Positions 9,785-19,458 of a stretch of DNA of 64,000 bases are shown piece by piece. The notes under the pieces are model-generated. The model saw only the letters and a program-made list of their open reading frames with translations, had not been told where the DNA came from and made no database searches. The stretch covers positions 928,001 through 992,000 of the forward strand of contig CAWHXD010000008.1 in the NCBI GenBank assembly GCA_963833225.1, written 5' to 3'. The position numbers were made by a program, and so were the translations under genes. The number at the start of each line of letters is the position of its first letter. Position 1 is the first letter of the stretch. The stretch comes from an uncultured Chloroflexia bacterium (GTDB lineage: Bacteria; Chloroflexota; Limnocylindria; Limnocylindrales; CSP1-4).

Positions 9785-10258
9785 TGGTCCATGCCCTCCG
9801 CCACCGCCTCGATCGCTTCGAAGATCTGCTCGTAGCAGGCACACCGGCACAGGTTGCCGGCCATGCCCTCCTCGATCTCGTCCTGGGTCGGGTGGGGGTG
9901 CGCGTCGAGCAGCGCGTGAGCCGAAATCAGCTGGCCGGGGATGCAGAAGCCGCACTGCACGGCACCCTTGTCGAGGAATGCCTGCTGGATGGGCGCGAGC
10001 CGGCCGTCCTGGGCGGCGAGGCCCTCGACGGTGAGGATGTCGGCGCCGTCAGCCTCGACGGCAAGCACGAGGCACGAGTCCACGGACCGCCCGTCGACGA
10101 TCACGGTGCACGCCCCGCACTCGCCGACCAGGCAGCACTCCTTGGTCCCGGTCAGGGCAAGCTCGTCGCGCAGGACCTCGAGCAGCGTGTGGTGCGGGGC
10201 GATGTCGAGGACGCGTCGGCGCGCCGTTGACCGTGACCTGGATCTGGATGGTGTCCAT
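9781..10258 (-). CDS. (2Fe-2S)-binding small subunit of the XDH-family enzyme (frameshift near 10215-10225)
   Basis: MDTIQIQVTVNG in one frame, continuing LDIAPHHTLLEVLR...CLVGECGAC...QCGFC...NLCRC in another. Confidence 0.88.
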
Positions 10259-10264
10259 GCTGTC

Positions 10265-11128
10265 CTACGCTCCCGCCGCCAGGCGCTCGATGGCGGTGCT
10301 GAGGGCACGCCGGCCAAGGACACGCAGCATGGCCAGCCGGTAGTCCGGCGAGGCCCGCATGGACCGAACGGACGGGCTGGCATCCGCGAAGATCGACTCG
10401 AAGACCGCGGCCTTCGCTTCCTGGGAGGCTGCCGGGTCGCCGAGAACGCCGGTGGTGTCGACCTTCACCAGCGGGCGAGGCCCAACGCTGCCGTAGGCGA
10501 CCCGGGTCACCCCGCCCCGGTCGACGCCGCAGGCGAGGGTCACCGACGCGAGGTCATGACCCCGCCGGCGGGTCCGCCGCTGGTGGGCGCTGGCGACCCG
10601 ATCGGCGGGCAACGGCAGCTCGACCGCGGTGACCAGCTCCCCGGGACCCAGCGTGGTGACCCCTGAGCGGACGAACAGGTCGTCGACGGCGATCCGGCGG
10701 ATCCCATCCGGCCCGGCGACGACGACCGCGGCACCGTGCACGAGCAGCGCCGGGGCCGTGTCGGCCGCGGGCGACGCGTTGCACAGGTTGCCGGCGAGCG
10801 TGGCCCGGTTGCGGATCTGGACGGAGCCCACCACGGCGGCCGCCTCGGCGAGGGCCATCGCGTGCCGTCGGACACCGGGATGGGCGGCGATGTCGCTCAT
10901 CACGGTGGTGGCCCCGATCACGAGGACACCGGCGGCCTCGTGGATCCCCGGCGCCAGCTCGGCGATGCGCTTGACGTCCACCACCAGGGACGGGGTCATG
11001 GAGCCATCACGGAGCCGGATGATCAGGTCGGTGCCGCCGGCAAGGACCCGGGCGTCGGGACCACGCTCGGCGAGGAGCGCGACGGCCTCGGCCAGCGTGG
11101 CGGGCCGCGCGTAGGTGAATGGCTGCAT
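10265..11128 (-). CDS. FAD-binding medium subunit of the XDH-family enzyme
   Basis: AGGTDL and QIRNRATLAGNLCNASPAAD. Confidence 0.93.
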   Translation of the reverse strand: MQPFTYARPATLAEAVALLAERGPDARVLAGGTDLIIRLRDGSMTPSLVVDVKRIAELAPGIHEAAGVLVIGATTVMSDIAAHPGVRRHAMALAEAAAVVGSVQIRNRATLAGNLCNASPAADTAPALLVHGAAVVVAGPDGIRRIAVDDLFVRSGVTTLGPGELVTAVELPLPADRVASAHQRRTRRRGHDLASVTLACGVDRGGVTRVAYGSVGPRPLVKVDTTGVLGDPAASQEAKAAVFESIFADASPSVRSMRASPDYRLAMLRVLGRRALSTAIERLAAGA

Positions 11129-11149
11129 GGTGTCCGGCCCCGATCGCGG

Positions 11150-12038
11150 CTACAGGAGCTTGTCGACCTCGTCCAGGAGCACCTGGGGGGTCGCTGCGCG
11201 GATGAAGTAGAACGGCCGCTCGCAGAAGCTGGCCACGAACCCGGCGCGCCGCTGCCTGAGCGTGTCGTTGTCGAGCATCGGGATCACGTGCCCGGGCGCC
11301 AGCAGCTCGTTGGTCAGGAAGTAGTTCTGCAGCGAGTGCAGGAACTGGAACTGGCGCCTCGAACGGGATGAGCTGGTTGGTCGCCGGGTCAAAGTTGCCG
11401 TCGATGGCCGGCACGATGACGAGATCGATGTTCGGCGTGCCCTCGTACATGGCCCAGGCCGGCATCTCGCCCCAGAACTTCTCCACGCCCTTGTTGGGCG
11501 CGGCCTTGTCGGAGCGCTCGGTGCCCTCGGTCCGCTTGACCAGGAACGTGTCCACGGAGCCCATCACGGCCCGGCCGTCTTCGCTGATGACCGTCGTCTC
11601 GGAGGCGACCTGGAGGGCGCCCCGGACGCCGGCCTCGATGAGGCCCATGCTCTTGCCGTGGTTGGATTCCCCGCCCAGGAACAGGAGCGTCCTGCCCCGG
11701 TAGTTGACGGCGGCGCTGTGCGACGGGTGGAGCCCCACGCCCTCCATCCGCAGCGCGAGCACGGCCACGATCACCTTCTGGATCGGTCCGGCCGGCCAGT
11801 CGCCGGTGAAGGTGACGGCACGGCCGTCATAGGTGATCGACTTCGCGCCGTCCTGGTTCCAGATGATGTCGGGATCGGCCAGCGTGACCGATGGGGAGAT
11901 CCGGACGTCGGCGAGGCGGTAGTTGAGGAACGTCAGGTCATCGAGCACGTGCTCGCGCGGGGCGCCGCCGTACACGTCCACCCGCAGGCGCGCATCACCC
12001 GCGGAGAACTCCTCGGTCAACTGCAGCTGGTCGTTCAT
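11150..12038 (-). CDS. Hypothetical protein with HprK-related P-loop motif (frameshift near 11360)
   Basis: HSAAVNYRGRTLLFLGGESNHGKS...VASET resembles the HPr-kinase-like H..AV...G.SG.GKS...D signature. C-terminus continues in the 11150-11392 frame. Confidence 0.6.
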
Positions 12039-12790
12039 GCTGTCCTTTCGCTGGTTCGCGCCAGGCTGGGCACGGGTCCTGCCGATGCTCGCCGGGCCTG
12101 GCCCGTCAATGCCGGCGCGTCACCGCCACCCGACTCGGGCTCCAGCCAGAGGGCGGCGAGCATCGTCCTGGCTTTCTCGAAATGATCGCGGATCGCCGCC
12201 TGGGCGCGGACCGTGTCACCGGAGCGCAGGGCCTCGAGCACAGGGGTGTGCAGGCCGGCGATCCTGTGGCGGTCCGCCCCGGGGACGGCGAGCGTGATGT
12301 AGGTGCGTGAATAGGGTTCCAGCAGGCTCCACACACGCTTGAGCGTGCCGTTGCCCGCAACATTCACGAGGTAGCCGTGGAAGGCGGCATCCGCTGATGC
12401 CTCGCCCACGGTATCCCCCGTCTCGGCCCTGGCGTGCATCTCCTCGAGGAGCGCGGCCAGCCGCTCGAGGTCCTCGCCCGTGAGACGCGGGACGGCGAGG
12501 CGGACGACGAGCGCCTCGAGCTCCGAGCGCACGGCGTAGGCCTCCAGGAGCTCGTCGCGCGACGGACGCCGGACGCGTGCCCCACGGAACGGGGCGATCT
12601 CCACGACGCCCAGGGCCTCGAGGTCGCGGAGCGCCTCGCGGACGGGCGCCTGGCTGGTGCCGAACTCGCGCGCGGCCTTGGTCTCGATGATCCGGGAGCC
12701 GGGCGGGTATCGGCCGTCAAGGATCGCCTCGAGGAGGCGGTCCTTGACGGTGTCGCTCAACACGGCGCGCGAGATCGCGGTTTCGGCCAT
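12035..12790 (-). CDS. GntR family (FadR/FCD) transcriptional regulator
   Basis: wHTH FGTSQAPVREALRDL, FCD DAAFH...H. ATG at 12790. Confidence 0.93.
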   Translation of the reverse strand: MAETAISRAVLSDTVKDRLLEAILDGRYPPGSRIIETKAAREFGTSQAPVREALRDLEALGVVEIAPFRGARVRRPSRDELLEAYAVRSELEALVVRLAVPRLTGEDLERLAALLEEMHARAETGDTVGEASADAAFHGYLVNVAGNGTLKRVWSLLEPYSRTYITLAVPGADRHRIAGLHTPVLEALRSGDTVRAQAAIRDHFEKARTMLAALWLEPESGGGDAPALTGQARRASAGPVPSLARTSERTA

Positions 12791-12836
12791 CCTGGCGCCC
12801 TTTCCGCTCGTCCGGCTGCCGCTTGCCCGTCGCCGG

Positions 12837-14597
12837 CTACAGGATCTCGACGATCCCGCGAACGATGCCCTCGGCATCCTTCACGCCGGTCCCGTTGACA
12901 CGGAGCCGGTCACCGGTCTTGATCTTGATCGTGCCCACGGAGGTGCCCACGACGGCCGGGATCCCGTACTCGCGAGCGAGCACGGCCGGGTGGGACACGG
13001 TCCCGCCGGCGTCGGTGACGACCGCGATGATCTTGCCGTAGAGGACCTGCCAGGCCGGGTTGGTCATCTGGCAGACGAGGATCTCGCCCTCCTCCAGGCT
13101 GTCGAACTCCGCCTCGGACATGACGACGCGCGCCACACCCTCGACGATGCCCGGCGACCCGGCGATGCCGCTGACCTGGCCGTGCACCTGGACCTGGGAA
13201 CGGGTGAACTTGTCCGGGAAGCCCCACAGGTTGAGGTACGGGAACGCCAGCTGCGTCTCGGTGACGGTGCCGACCCAGTCACGAGGCTGGACCTTCTCGG
13301 CCGCCGCGCGCTTGGCCTTCGCGGCCGCCACGATCGCGCGGCCGTCGATGCCGGTCGGGTTGCCGATGAACGCGCGGAGCTCGTTGTACCGGAACAGGAC
13401 CACATCGTCGGGTCGGTCGAGGACACCCAGCTCCACCAGCTTCTCGCCGATCGCGACGAGCACGAGGCGGACGTGGGCGTTCGCCCCCTGGTCAATATAG
13501 AAGTGATGGTCCGGCGTGAGCGGGGCCATCTTGAGGTTGATGTCGTTGGCGGCGCGCATCTCCTCGAGCGCCTCGCCCTCGAGCCCTTGCAGGATCTCGA
13601 CCGCCGCGGCGTCGATGTCCGCCTTGAGCACCGCGATCTTGGTCGGATAGTCGTAGTCCGAGGCGAACTGGTCACGAACCAGCTGGACGACGGGCGTCAT
13701 GTCCTCGCGGAAGCTGGGGAAGATGAACTCGTGGCTCCAGACGGCGTGCCAGCCGAACTCCTTCTGGTACGGGTCTACCCGCTCATCGATGAACCGGCGG
13801 CCGCGCTCGCTTGCCTTCAGCGCGGGGACGATCTCGATCGCCGTCGTGGCCGCGAAGATGGAGGACAGCTCGGCGTCGGCCTTGACCTCCTCCTTCATGG
13901 TCCACAGGGCCTTGATCTTGTCCCAGTTGCGGTCATTGGCCGAGTTCTGGAGACGCCCCAGCAGGACCTCGTCGATCTTGCCGTGGGTCTTCTCCATGAC
14001 CGCCCGGAGGTTGAGCGTCGCGGACAGCTGCGCGAAGTTCAGCATCCAGTGGATCTTCCAGTGGCGGTCATGCATGTCGACCGCGTCCTCGAGGAGGACG
14101 GCCACCTCGGCCAGGCTGAGCTGGTCCTTCTGGTCCAGCATGCCCTCGATGTAGTCGAAGTTGCGCTGCATCTCGGGGACGAAGCGGGTCCGCCACCACT
14201 CGACGAACTTGTTGCCGTAGACGGGCAGGACGGTGCCGAGATAGGCGCCGATCTTGCCGGCGTACGCGTCGTCCTCGGGGACGATCGGGTGGGTCGTGTA
14301 GTTGTACTCCTGCGTCGCGACATCCACGCCAGCCTCGGCCGGGATCGCGGCGGTGTACAGGTATCCGTTGATGTTCTTGTAGATCCAGTCCGACGCGAAC
14401 GGCGTGCCGAAGCGGCGGAACATGTGATCGCAGGACAGCCACCAGCCACCGATGTCCTCATACATCGGGCTCAGCGGCTTCGGGCAGTGAAGGTCATCGT
14501 AGACCCAGAACAGCAGCTTCTCGGTCTCCGACGTCCACTCGACCGGGAACGACTCGTCCCCGAGGAACTGGCCCAGGACCTCTTCCTTGAGGGGCAC
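12837..14597 (-). CDS. PEP-utilising enzyme: large substrate-binding domain + C-terminal His-swivel domain, no ATP-grasp
   Basis: C-terminal GIAGSPG.VEG.ARV...GEILVC.MTNPAW...VVTDAGGTVSHPAVLAREYGIPAVVG. Domain order as in the C-terminal part of rifampicin phosphotransferase and in phenylphosphate synthase subunit A. GTG at 14597 after AAGGAGG. Confidence 0.85.
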   Translation of the reverse strand: MPLKEEVLGQFLGDESFPVEWTSETEKLLFWVYDDLHCPKPLSPMYEDIGGWWLSCDHMFRRFGTPFASDWIYKNINGYLYTAAIPAEAGVDVATQEYNYTTHPIVPEDDAYAGKIGAYLGTVLPVYGNKFVEWWRTRFVPEMQRNFDYIEGMLDQKDQLSLAEVAVLLEDAVDMHDRHWKIHWMLNFAQLSATLNLRAVMEKTHGKIDEVLLGRLQNSANDRNWDKIKALWTMKEEVKADAELSSIFAATTAIEIVPALKASERGRRFIDERVDPYQKEFGWHAVWSHEFIFPSFREDMTPVVQLVRDQFASDYDYPTKIAVLKADIDAAAVEILQGLEGEALEEMRAANDINLKMAPLTPDHHFYIDQGANAHVRLVLVAIGEKLVELGVLDRPDDVVLFRYNELRAFIGNPTGIDGRAIVAAAKAKRAAAEKVQPRDWVGTVTETQLAFPYLNLWGFPDKFTRSQVQVHGQVSGIAGSPGIVEGVARVVMSEAEFDSLEEGEILVCQMTNPAWQVLYGKIIAVVTDAGGTVSHPAVLAREYGIPAVVGTSVGTIKIKTGDRLRVNGTGVKDAEGIVRGIVEIL

Positions 14598-14756
14598 CGC
14601 TGCTTCCTCCTTGTGCGTGGCCCGGCGCCAATCGGACGCCGGTCTATGACGCTGGCTGGGCGCGGCGGCGGCCGTCCCCAGGTACCCGCGAACAACGCTC
14701 GGTTCCCGTCTCCGCGACCGGACGGACCGGGGACGGGCCCTCAATTGCCGCGGCAG

Positions 14757-14806
14757 ATCGATAATCGATTGTCTATACACTATGGTGCGCCGTCGGGCAG
14801 CGTCAA
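14757..14806 (-). promoter_or_regulatory. Sigma70-type promoter with GntR-type operator
   Basis: Minus strand TTGACG-N18-TAGTGT immediately followed by ATAGACAATCGATTATCGAT (plus strand ATCGATAATCGATTGTCTAT, 14757-14776). Confidence 0.7.
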
Positions 14807-14821
14807 GGTCGATCTCGCAGG

Positions 14822-15796
14822 TCATGGCGCGGTCCGATCCCCGGCGTCATCCGCGGTCAACGCGATGCGACCGGCCCGCGAGCGCGGCCGCCACTGGGCG
14901 AGCACCACCGCCACGAGGATCGCGGCCCCGCCGCCCAGCTCGACTGCCGTCAGCTGCTGGCCGAGGGCGAGGGCAGCCACAACCACCGCCACCACCGGCT
15001 CGGTCAGCAGCGCCACCGCTGCCCCCGTGCTTCCGATCAGCCGGACGCCGCCCACCACCCAGATCTTGGGCAGCGCGCCGAGCGTCCCGGCACACGCGAT
15101 CGCGGCCCAGGCCGCGGGTGCCGTCATCCAGTCACCCACGACGCCCGTGCCTTCGAGGACGATCGCCGCCGTGCCCGAGATCACGAGGCCCCCGAGCAGG
15201 ACGAGCGACGTGGCCTGGCCCGCGGGCACCTCGTCGAAGCCGCCGCGGATCGCCACCAGGTAGATGGCATGGAACGTCGCGGCGGCCCCGGCCAGGGCGA
15301 CGCCCAGGGCGGTCGCGTTCGCCCCGGGCCGCAGCCCGTCGCCCACGACGAGCGCGAGGCCGGCACAGGCGAGGGCGAGGGCGAGCACGCGGACCGGGGT
15401 CAGCCGCTCCCGGCCGAGGGCCGCCGCGAGCAGCGCCGTGATCACCGGGTAGCAGTAGTAGACGGCCATGACGAGCCCCACGGCCATCGCACCAAACGCG
15501 AGAAACAGGATGAGGTTCGTCAGGCCGTTGGTGACGATCACCAGCGCGAGCATGGCCCGCTGGCGTGACGACAGCCGGGACAACCGGACGGACGGCAGGT
15601 GACGCGCGAGCAGGAGCGCTCCCAGGATCGCCGCACCGACGGCGGCCCGCAGCGTGCTGAACGTCGCCGGCCCGATCCCCTCGGCGTACGCGAGGGCCGC
15701 GACCGGCCCCAGGGTGCCCATCGCGGATGCCGCCAGGAGCACCCGGACGAGCCCGCCCAACGGACGCTCCGCGACCCACCCCGGTTTCGCCACCAT
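14822..15796 (-). CDS. DMT/EamA family transporter
   Basis: About 10 hydrophobic segments in two repeats. Y.YP, LGRERL and TEPV motifs. Confidence 0.9.
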   Translation of the reverse strand: MVAKPGWVAERPLGGLVRVLLAASAMGTLGPVAALAYAEGIGPATFSTLRAAVGAAILGALLLARHLPSVRLSRLSSRQRAMLALVIVTNGLTNLILFLAFGAMAVGLVMAVYYCYPVITALLAAALGRERLTPVRVLALALACAGLALVVGDGLRPGANATALGVALAGAAATFHAIYLVAIRGGFDEVPAGQATSLVLLGGLVISGTAAIVLEGTGVVGDWMTAPAAWAAIACAGTLGALPKIWVVGGVRLIGSTGAAVALLTEPVVAVVVAALALGQQLTAVELGGGAAILVAVVLAQWRPRSRAGRIALTADDAGDRTAP

Positions 15797-15831
15797 CCAT
15801 GCTCCATCTGACGCGGTCGGCCAAATGGCGC

Positions 15832-15875
15832 TTGCATTGGGCCGCCGGTGCCGACTACTATCCTCGATTATCGAT
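15832..15875 (+). promoter_or_regulatory. Sigma70-type promoter of the ABC operon with GntR-type operator
   Basis: TTGCAT(15832)-N18-TACTAT(15856) followed by TCGATTATCGAT (15864-15875). Confidence 0.65.
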
Positions 15876-16048
15876 CATGCGAGGCCGTCAAGCCGCCGTC
15901 GCGTGGCACTTGTGAGCCGCTTGCGTCCCGCGGTTCCGTCATGAGGTTGACGAATGACCAACGGCACACCCATGGAATTGGGCAGGCTCACGGGGTCCGG
16001 TGCGTCCGGGCACGGAGATCGCGTCCGGTTGCCCTCGGGTGACGCCTG

Positions 16049-16921
16049 ATGGACTTCATCATCCAGTCCTTCGTCATCGGGCTCACCGAGAACGCCCCCC
16101 TGGTCCTCGCCGCGATCGGCTTCGCGCTGCTGTACCGGCTCACCGGCCTGATCAACGTCGCGTACGCGGAGACGATCACGCTGGGCGCCTACTTCGGGAT
16201 GTGGTTCAACACCACCTTTGGCCTCAACTTCTACGCCGTGCTGATCCCGACCGCGCTGCTCTCGGGCGTCCTCAGCGTCGCGACCTACCTCATCCTGTTC
16301 CGGCCGGCGAGGCGGCGTGGCGTCGGTGGGCTGGAGATGATCATCATCTCCTTCGGGCTGTCGATCTTCCTGCGGCACGGCCTGCAGTTCGTCTTCGGCT
16401 ACCCAGAGCGCTTCTACGACGTCCCGTCACCCGAGACGCTGTTCATCCTGGGTGTTGGCGTGACCTCGTTCCGCCTGCTGGCCCTGGCCGGCGTCGCGGC
16501 GCTCTCGCTGCTCCTCTACCTGTTCATCCAGCGAACCAGCTATGGCCTCCAGATCCGGGCCCTGGCCAGCGACGAGGACCTGGCGCGGGTGAGCGGCATC
16601 CGGCCGCTCGCGGTGACCGTGCTGATCTGGGCCATCGCGGGCGTCGCGGGCGGCCTGGCCGGGGCGTTCTACGGCGTCGGCGCGTCCGTCTCCCCGCTGC
16701 TGGGGTGGCGGCAGTTCCTGCCGGTGCTGCTCGTCGTGCTCGTTGGCCGGGCATGGGGTCTGGGCGGCGTGATCGTCGTCGCGGTGGCGACCGGGATCGC
16801 CCTGGCGGCCATGGCGCTCCAGTTCGACCAGATCCTGTACGCCCAGGTCGTGCTGATCGTCGGCTTCATCGCCGTCCTCAAGTGGCGGGCCAGACGGCTC
16901 CCCGAGACGGCGAAGGTGTAG
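16049..16921 (+). CDS. Branched-chain amino acid-type ABC transporter permease (LivH-like)
   Basis: LAAIGFALLYRLTGLINVAYAE and RTSYGLQIRA...LARVSGI. Confidence 0.92.
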   Translation: MDFIIQSFVIGLTENAPLVLAAIGFALLYRLTGLINVAYAETITLGAYFGMWFNTTFGLNFYAVLIPTALLSGVLSVATYLILFRPARRRGVGGLEMIIISFGLSIFLRHGLQFVFGYPERFYDVPSPETLFILGVGVTSFRLLALAGVAALSLLLYLFIQRTSYGLQIRALASDEDLARVSGIRPLAVTVLIWAIAGVAGGLAGAFYGVGASVSPLLGWRQFLPVLLVVLVGRAWGLGGVIVVAVATGIALAAMALQFDQILYAQVVLIVGFIAVLKWRARRLPETAKV

Positions 16922-16925
16922 CGGC

Positions 16926-17873
16926 ATGCTCGACTGGCTTGACTCCTTCCTTATCACCGGCCTGTTCGAGGTCGTGATGATCGCGGGCCTCGCGCTGCTG
17001 CTCCACCTGCAGCTCGGGCTCACGCGGATCGCCAACTTCGGCGTCGTGGGCTTCTGGGGCATCGGGATGTACGCCTTCGGCGTGCTGTACGTCCAGGTGG
17101 ACTGGTCCTTCGGCGACCCGTGGCTGTTCCTCGTCTGTGCCGCCGCGGCCACGCTCGTGGCGGGAGTGGCCGGGCTCCTTGTCGGATGGTTGATCTCGGA
17201 CCTCGACACCGACGGCGTGCTCGTCATCACGCTCGGGTTCGCGACGGTGGTCCAGATCCTCGCCACCACCGAGCAGGACATCACCGGGGGCGCGTTCGGC
17301 CTGGGCGGGCTCCGCATCCCGTTCAACATCGGCAAGGTGAAGGAGAACGAGTTCGCCTGGCTCGTGGTCACGACCCTCGTCGTCGGCCTGATCCTTCTCT
17401 ACGCGTGGCGGGTCCACCGCTCGCCCCAAGGGCGCCTCCTGATCGCCACGGGCGGCAACGAGCCGCTCGCACGCAGCCTCGGGAAGTCGACCTTCCGCGC
17501 CAAGCTCCTGCTGTTCGCGGTCACGTCCGCCGCGATGGGCTTCCTCGGCGCCATGGATGCCGCCATGGTGCGGTACCTCGACGTCGGCCACATCGGGATC
17601 GACATCACGCTCGCGGCGATCGTCGGGCTGGTGCTGGGCGGCAGCGCCCGCGTCTGGGGGCCGATCGTGGGCGTCGTCCTGACGGTGGGCCTGTTCGACA
17701 TCGTCGTGCGGACGTACCTGCCCCTGCCCAGGGAGTGGTACTCGCAGACGATCCCGGTCCTCCGCGAGGTGGCGTTCGGGCTCGCGCTGATCCTCGTCCT
17801 GCTGTTCCGGCCGCTGGGGCTGCTCGGCGACATGCAGCGGGACAAGCTGATGGGAAAGCTCCATGGGCGCTGA
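16926..17873 (+). CDS. Branched-chain amino acid-type ABC transporter permease (LivM-like)
   Basis: GLTRIANFGVVGFWGIG, ITLGFA, SPQGR, VLGG, RPLGLLG. Confidence 0.92.
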   Translation: MLDWLDSFLITGLFEVVMIAGLALLLHLQLGLTRIANFGVVGFWGIGMYAFGVLYVQVDWSFGDPWLFLVCAAAATLVAGVAGLLVGWLISDLDTDGVLVITLGFATVVQILATTEQDITGGAFGLGGLRIPFNIGKVKENEFAWLVVTTLVVGLILLYAWRVHRSPQGRLLIATGGNEPLARSLGKSTFRAKLLLFAVTSAAMGFLGAMDAAMVRYLDVGHIGIDITLAAIVGLVLGGSARVWGPIVGVVLTVGLFDIVVRTYLPLPREWYSQTIPVLREVAFGLALILVLLFRPLGLLGDMQRDKLMGKLHGR

Positions 17874-18660
17874 CGTCGTGACGACCGGGGCTGCCATCCG
17901 GCCGCGGATCCGGGTCGAGGGTGCGGTCAAGAGCTTCTCGGGCCACGTGGTCGTGGACGTCGACGAGCTCGTTCTCGGCGACCAGCCGATCGAGGGGCTG
18001 ATCGGACCCAACGGCGCCGGCAAGACGACGCTGATGCGCATGATCATGCATTCGATCCCGCTCGACCGGGGCATCGTCACGCTCCTGCCGGCCGACGGCA
18101 GGCCGCCGGTGCAGCTGTCGGGCCTGGCCACCGACCGGATGGCACGCCACGGGGTCGTCAAGAGCAACCAGGTCATCATGGACTTCGACAAGCTGACGAT
18201 CTGGGACTCGCTCCTGCTCGCCGTTGCCGAGGCGAGGTACGAGCAGCCGCACCGGATCTTCAGCGAACGGACGGTGTTCGCGCGCCACGAGCAGGAGATC
18301 CGGCACTACCTCGACTACTTCGGGTTCGACGACCCGACGCAGTTCGCCATGTCGGCCGGCGAGAAGAAGCTCCTCGACATCGTCCGCTGCCTGCTGCTCA
18401 AGCCGGCCTTCCTGCTGCTCGACGAGCCCACCGCCGGTCTCCCCGACGACCTGACCGAGAAGGTGATGGTCGTAATCCGGGAGCTGGCCGCGGCCGGTAC
18501 CGCGGTCGTGATCGTGGAGCACGACCTCAACGTCATCTGGAATCTCTGCGACCAGGTCCACTTCATGGCCGAGGGCAAGGTCGTCCTGCGGGGCGCCCCC
18601 GACTCGATCCGGGAGCACGCCACGGTCGTGGAGAAGTACCTGGGAGAGGGTCATGTCTGA
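17863..18660 (+). CDS. ABC transporter ATP-binding protein (LivG-like)
   Basis: GPNGAGKT, LLLDEPTAG, VEHD, ends YLG. Confidence 0.93.
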   Translation: MGADVVTTGAAIRPRIRVEGAVKSFSGHVVVDVDELVLGDQPIEGLIGPNGAGKTTLMRMIMHSIPLDRGIVTLLPADGRPPVQLSGLATDRMARHGVVKSNQVIMDFDKLTIWDSLLLAVAEARYEQPHRIFSERTVFARHEQEIRHYLDYFGFDDPTQFAMSAGEKKLLDIVRCLLLKPAFLLLDEPTAGLPDDLTEKVMVVIRELAAAGTAVVIVEHDLNVIWNLCDQVHFMAEGKVVLRGAPDSIREHATVVEKYLGEGHV

Positions 18661-19420
18661 GCTGCCCTCCACCCCGTCTGCGCTCGGGGCCCAGGCCGCG
18701 CCCGCCCCCGCGCCGCGCGTTCCCGCGATGCTCGAGGTCGAGGGCCTGCGCAGTGGCTACCACGGCGTCACGGTCCTCAAGGGCCTCGACTTCACGGTCG
18801 GCAACGAGATCTTCACCGTGCTCGGAGCCAATGGCGCGGGCAAGACGACGCTGCTCGCGACCCTGGCGCGCCTGATCCCGCTGATGTCCGGATCGATCCG
18901 GCTCGGGGGGGTCGACGTGTCGCGGCTGCGCCCGTACCAGACCGCGCGACGGGGGATCGGCTACGTGCCCCAGGAGAAGGGCGTGTTCGCGGACCTCACC
19001 GTCGCCGAGAACCTGGCCATCGGCGGGATGATCGGCGGGCGATCGCACGACGAGCGGCTCGGCGAGGTGTTCCAGCTGTTCCCCGACCTCGAGGCGCTGC
19101 AGGGCCACAAGGCCGGGACCCTCAGCGGCGGCGAGTCGCGCATGGTGGCCTGCGGGCGCGCGCTGATGCAGGACCCGAAGCTGCTGCTGCTCGACGAGCC
19201 CACGGCCGGCCTCTCGCCGCTGTACGTGGACCTGTTCTTCGAGAAGGTCCTGGAGATCCATCGGACCCGTGGCGTCGCCATCATCCTCGCCGAGCAGAAC
19301 GCCACCAAGGCACTCCAGGTCGCGGACCGGGTGATGGTGCTCAGCCTCGGCGAGGCGTACGCCATCCAGGGCGCCAGGGACCTGACAACTCAGCAGCTCA
19401 AGGAGGGCTACCGGATCTGA
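18653..19420 (+). CDS. ABC transporter ATP-binding protein (LivF-like)
   Basis: GANGAGKT, YVPQ, LSGGE, LLLDEP, EQN. Confidence 0.93.
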   Translation: MSELPSTPSALGAQAAPAPAPRVPAMLEVEGLRSGYHGVTVLKGLDFTVGNEIFTVLGANGAGKTTLLATLARLIPLMSGSIRLGGVDVSRLRPYQTARRGIGYVPQEKGVFADLTVAENLAIGGMIGGRSHDERLGEVFQLFPDLEALQGHKAGTLSGGESRMVACGRALMQDPKLLLLDEPTAGLSPLYVDLFFEKVLEIHRTRGVAIILAEQNATKALQVADRVMVLSLGEAYAIQGARDLTTQQLKEGYRI

Positions 19421-19458
19421 GTTCGCCACTGTTCACGACATGACAATGGAGGAGATCA

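Noticed and set aside
7499-11128. Aerobic CO dehydrogenase (coxMSL)
   Set aside because: The active-site loop is AFRGFG, not the form I AYxCSFR, and there are no cox accessory genes. Generic XDH family.
12837-14597. Rifampicin phosphotransferase (resistance gene)
   Set aside because: No ATP-grasp domain, and the context is catabolic.
15941-16042. 33-aa leader peptide before the ABC operon
   Set aside because: No RBS, no regulatory codon run and no attenuator hairpin.
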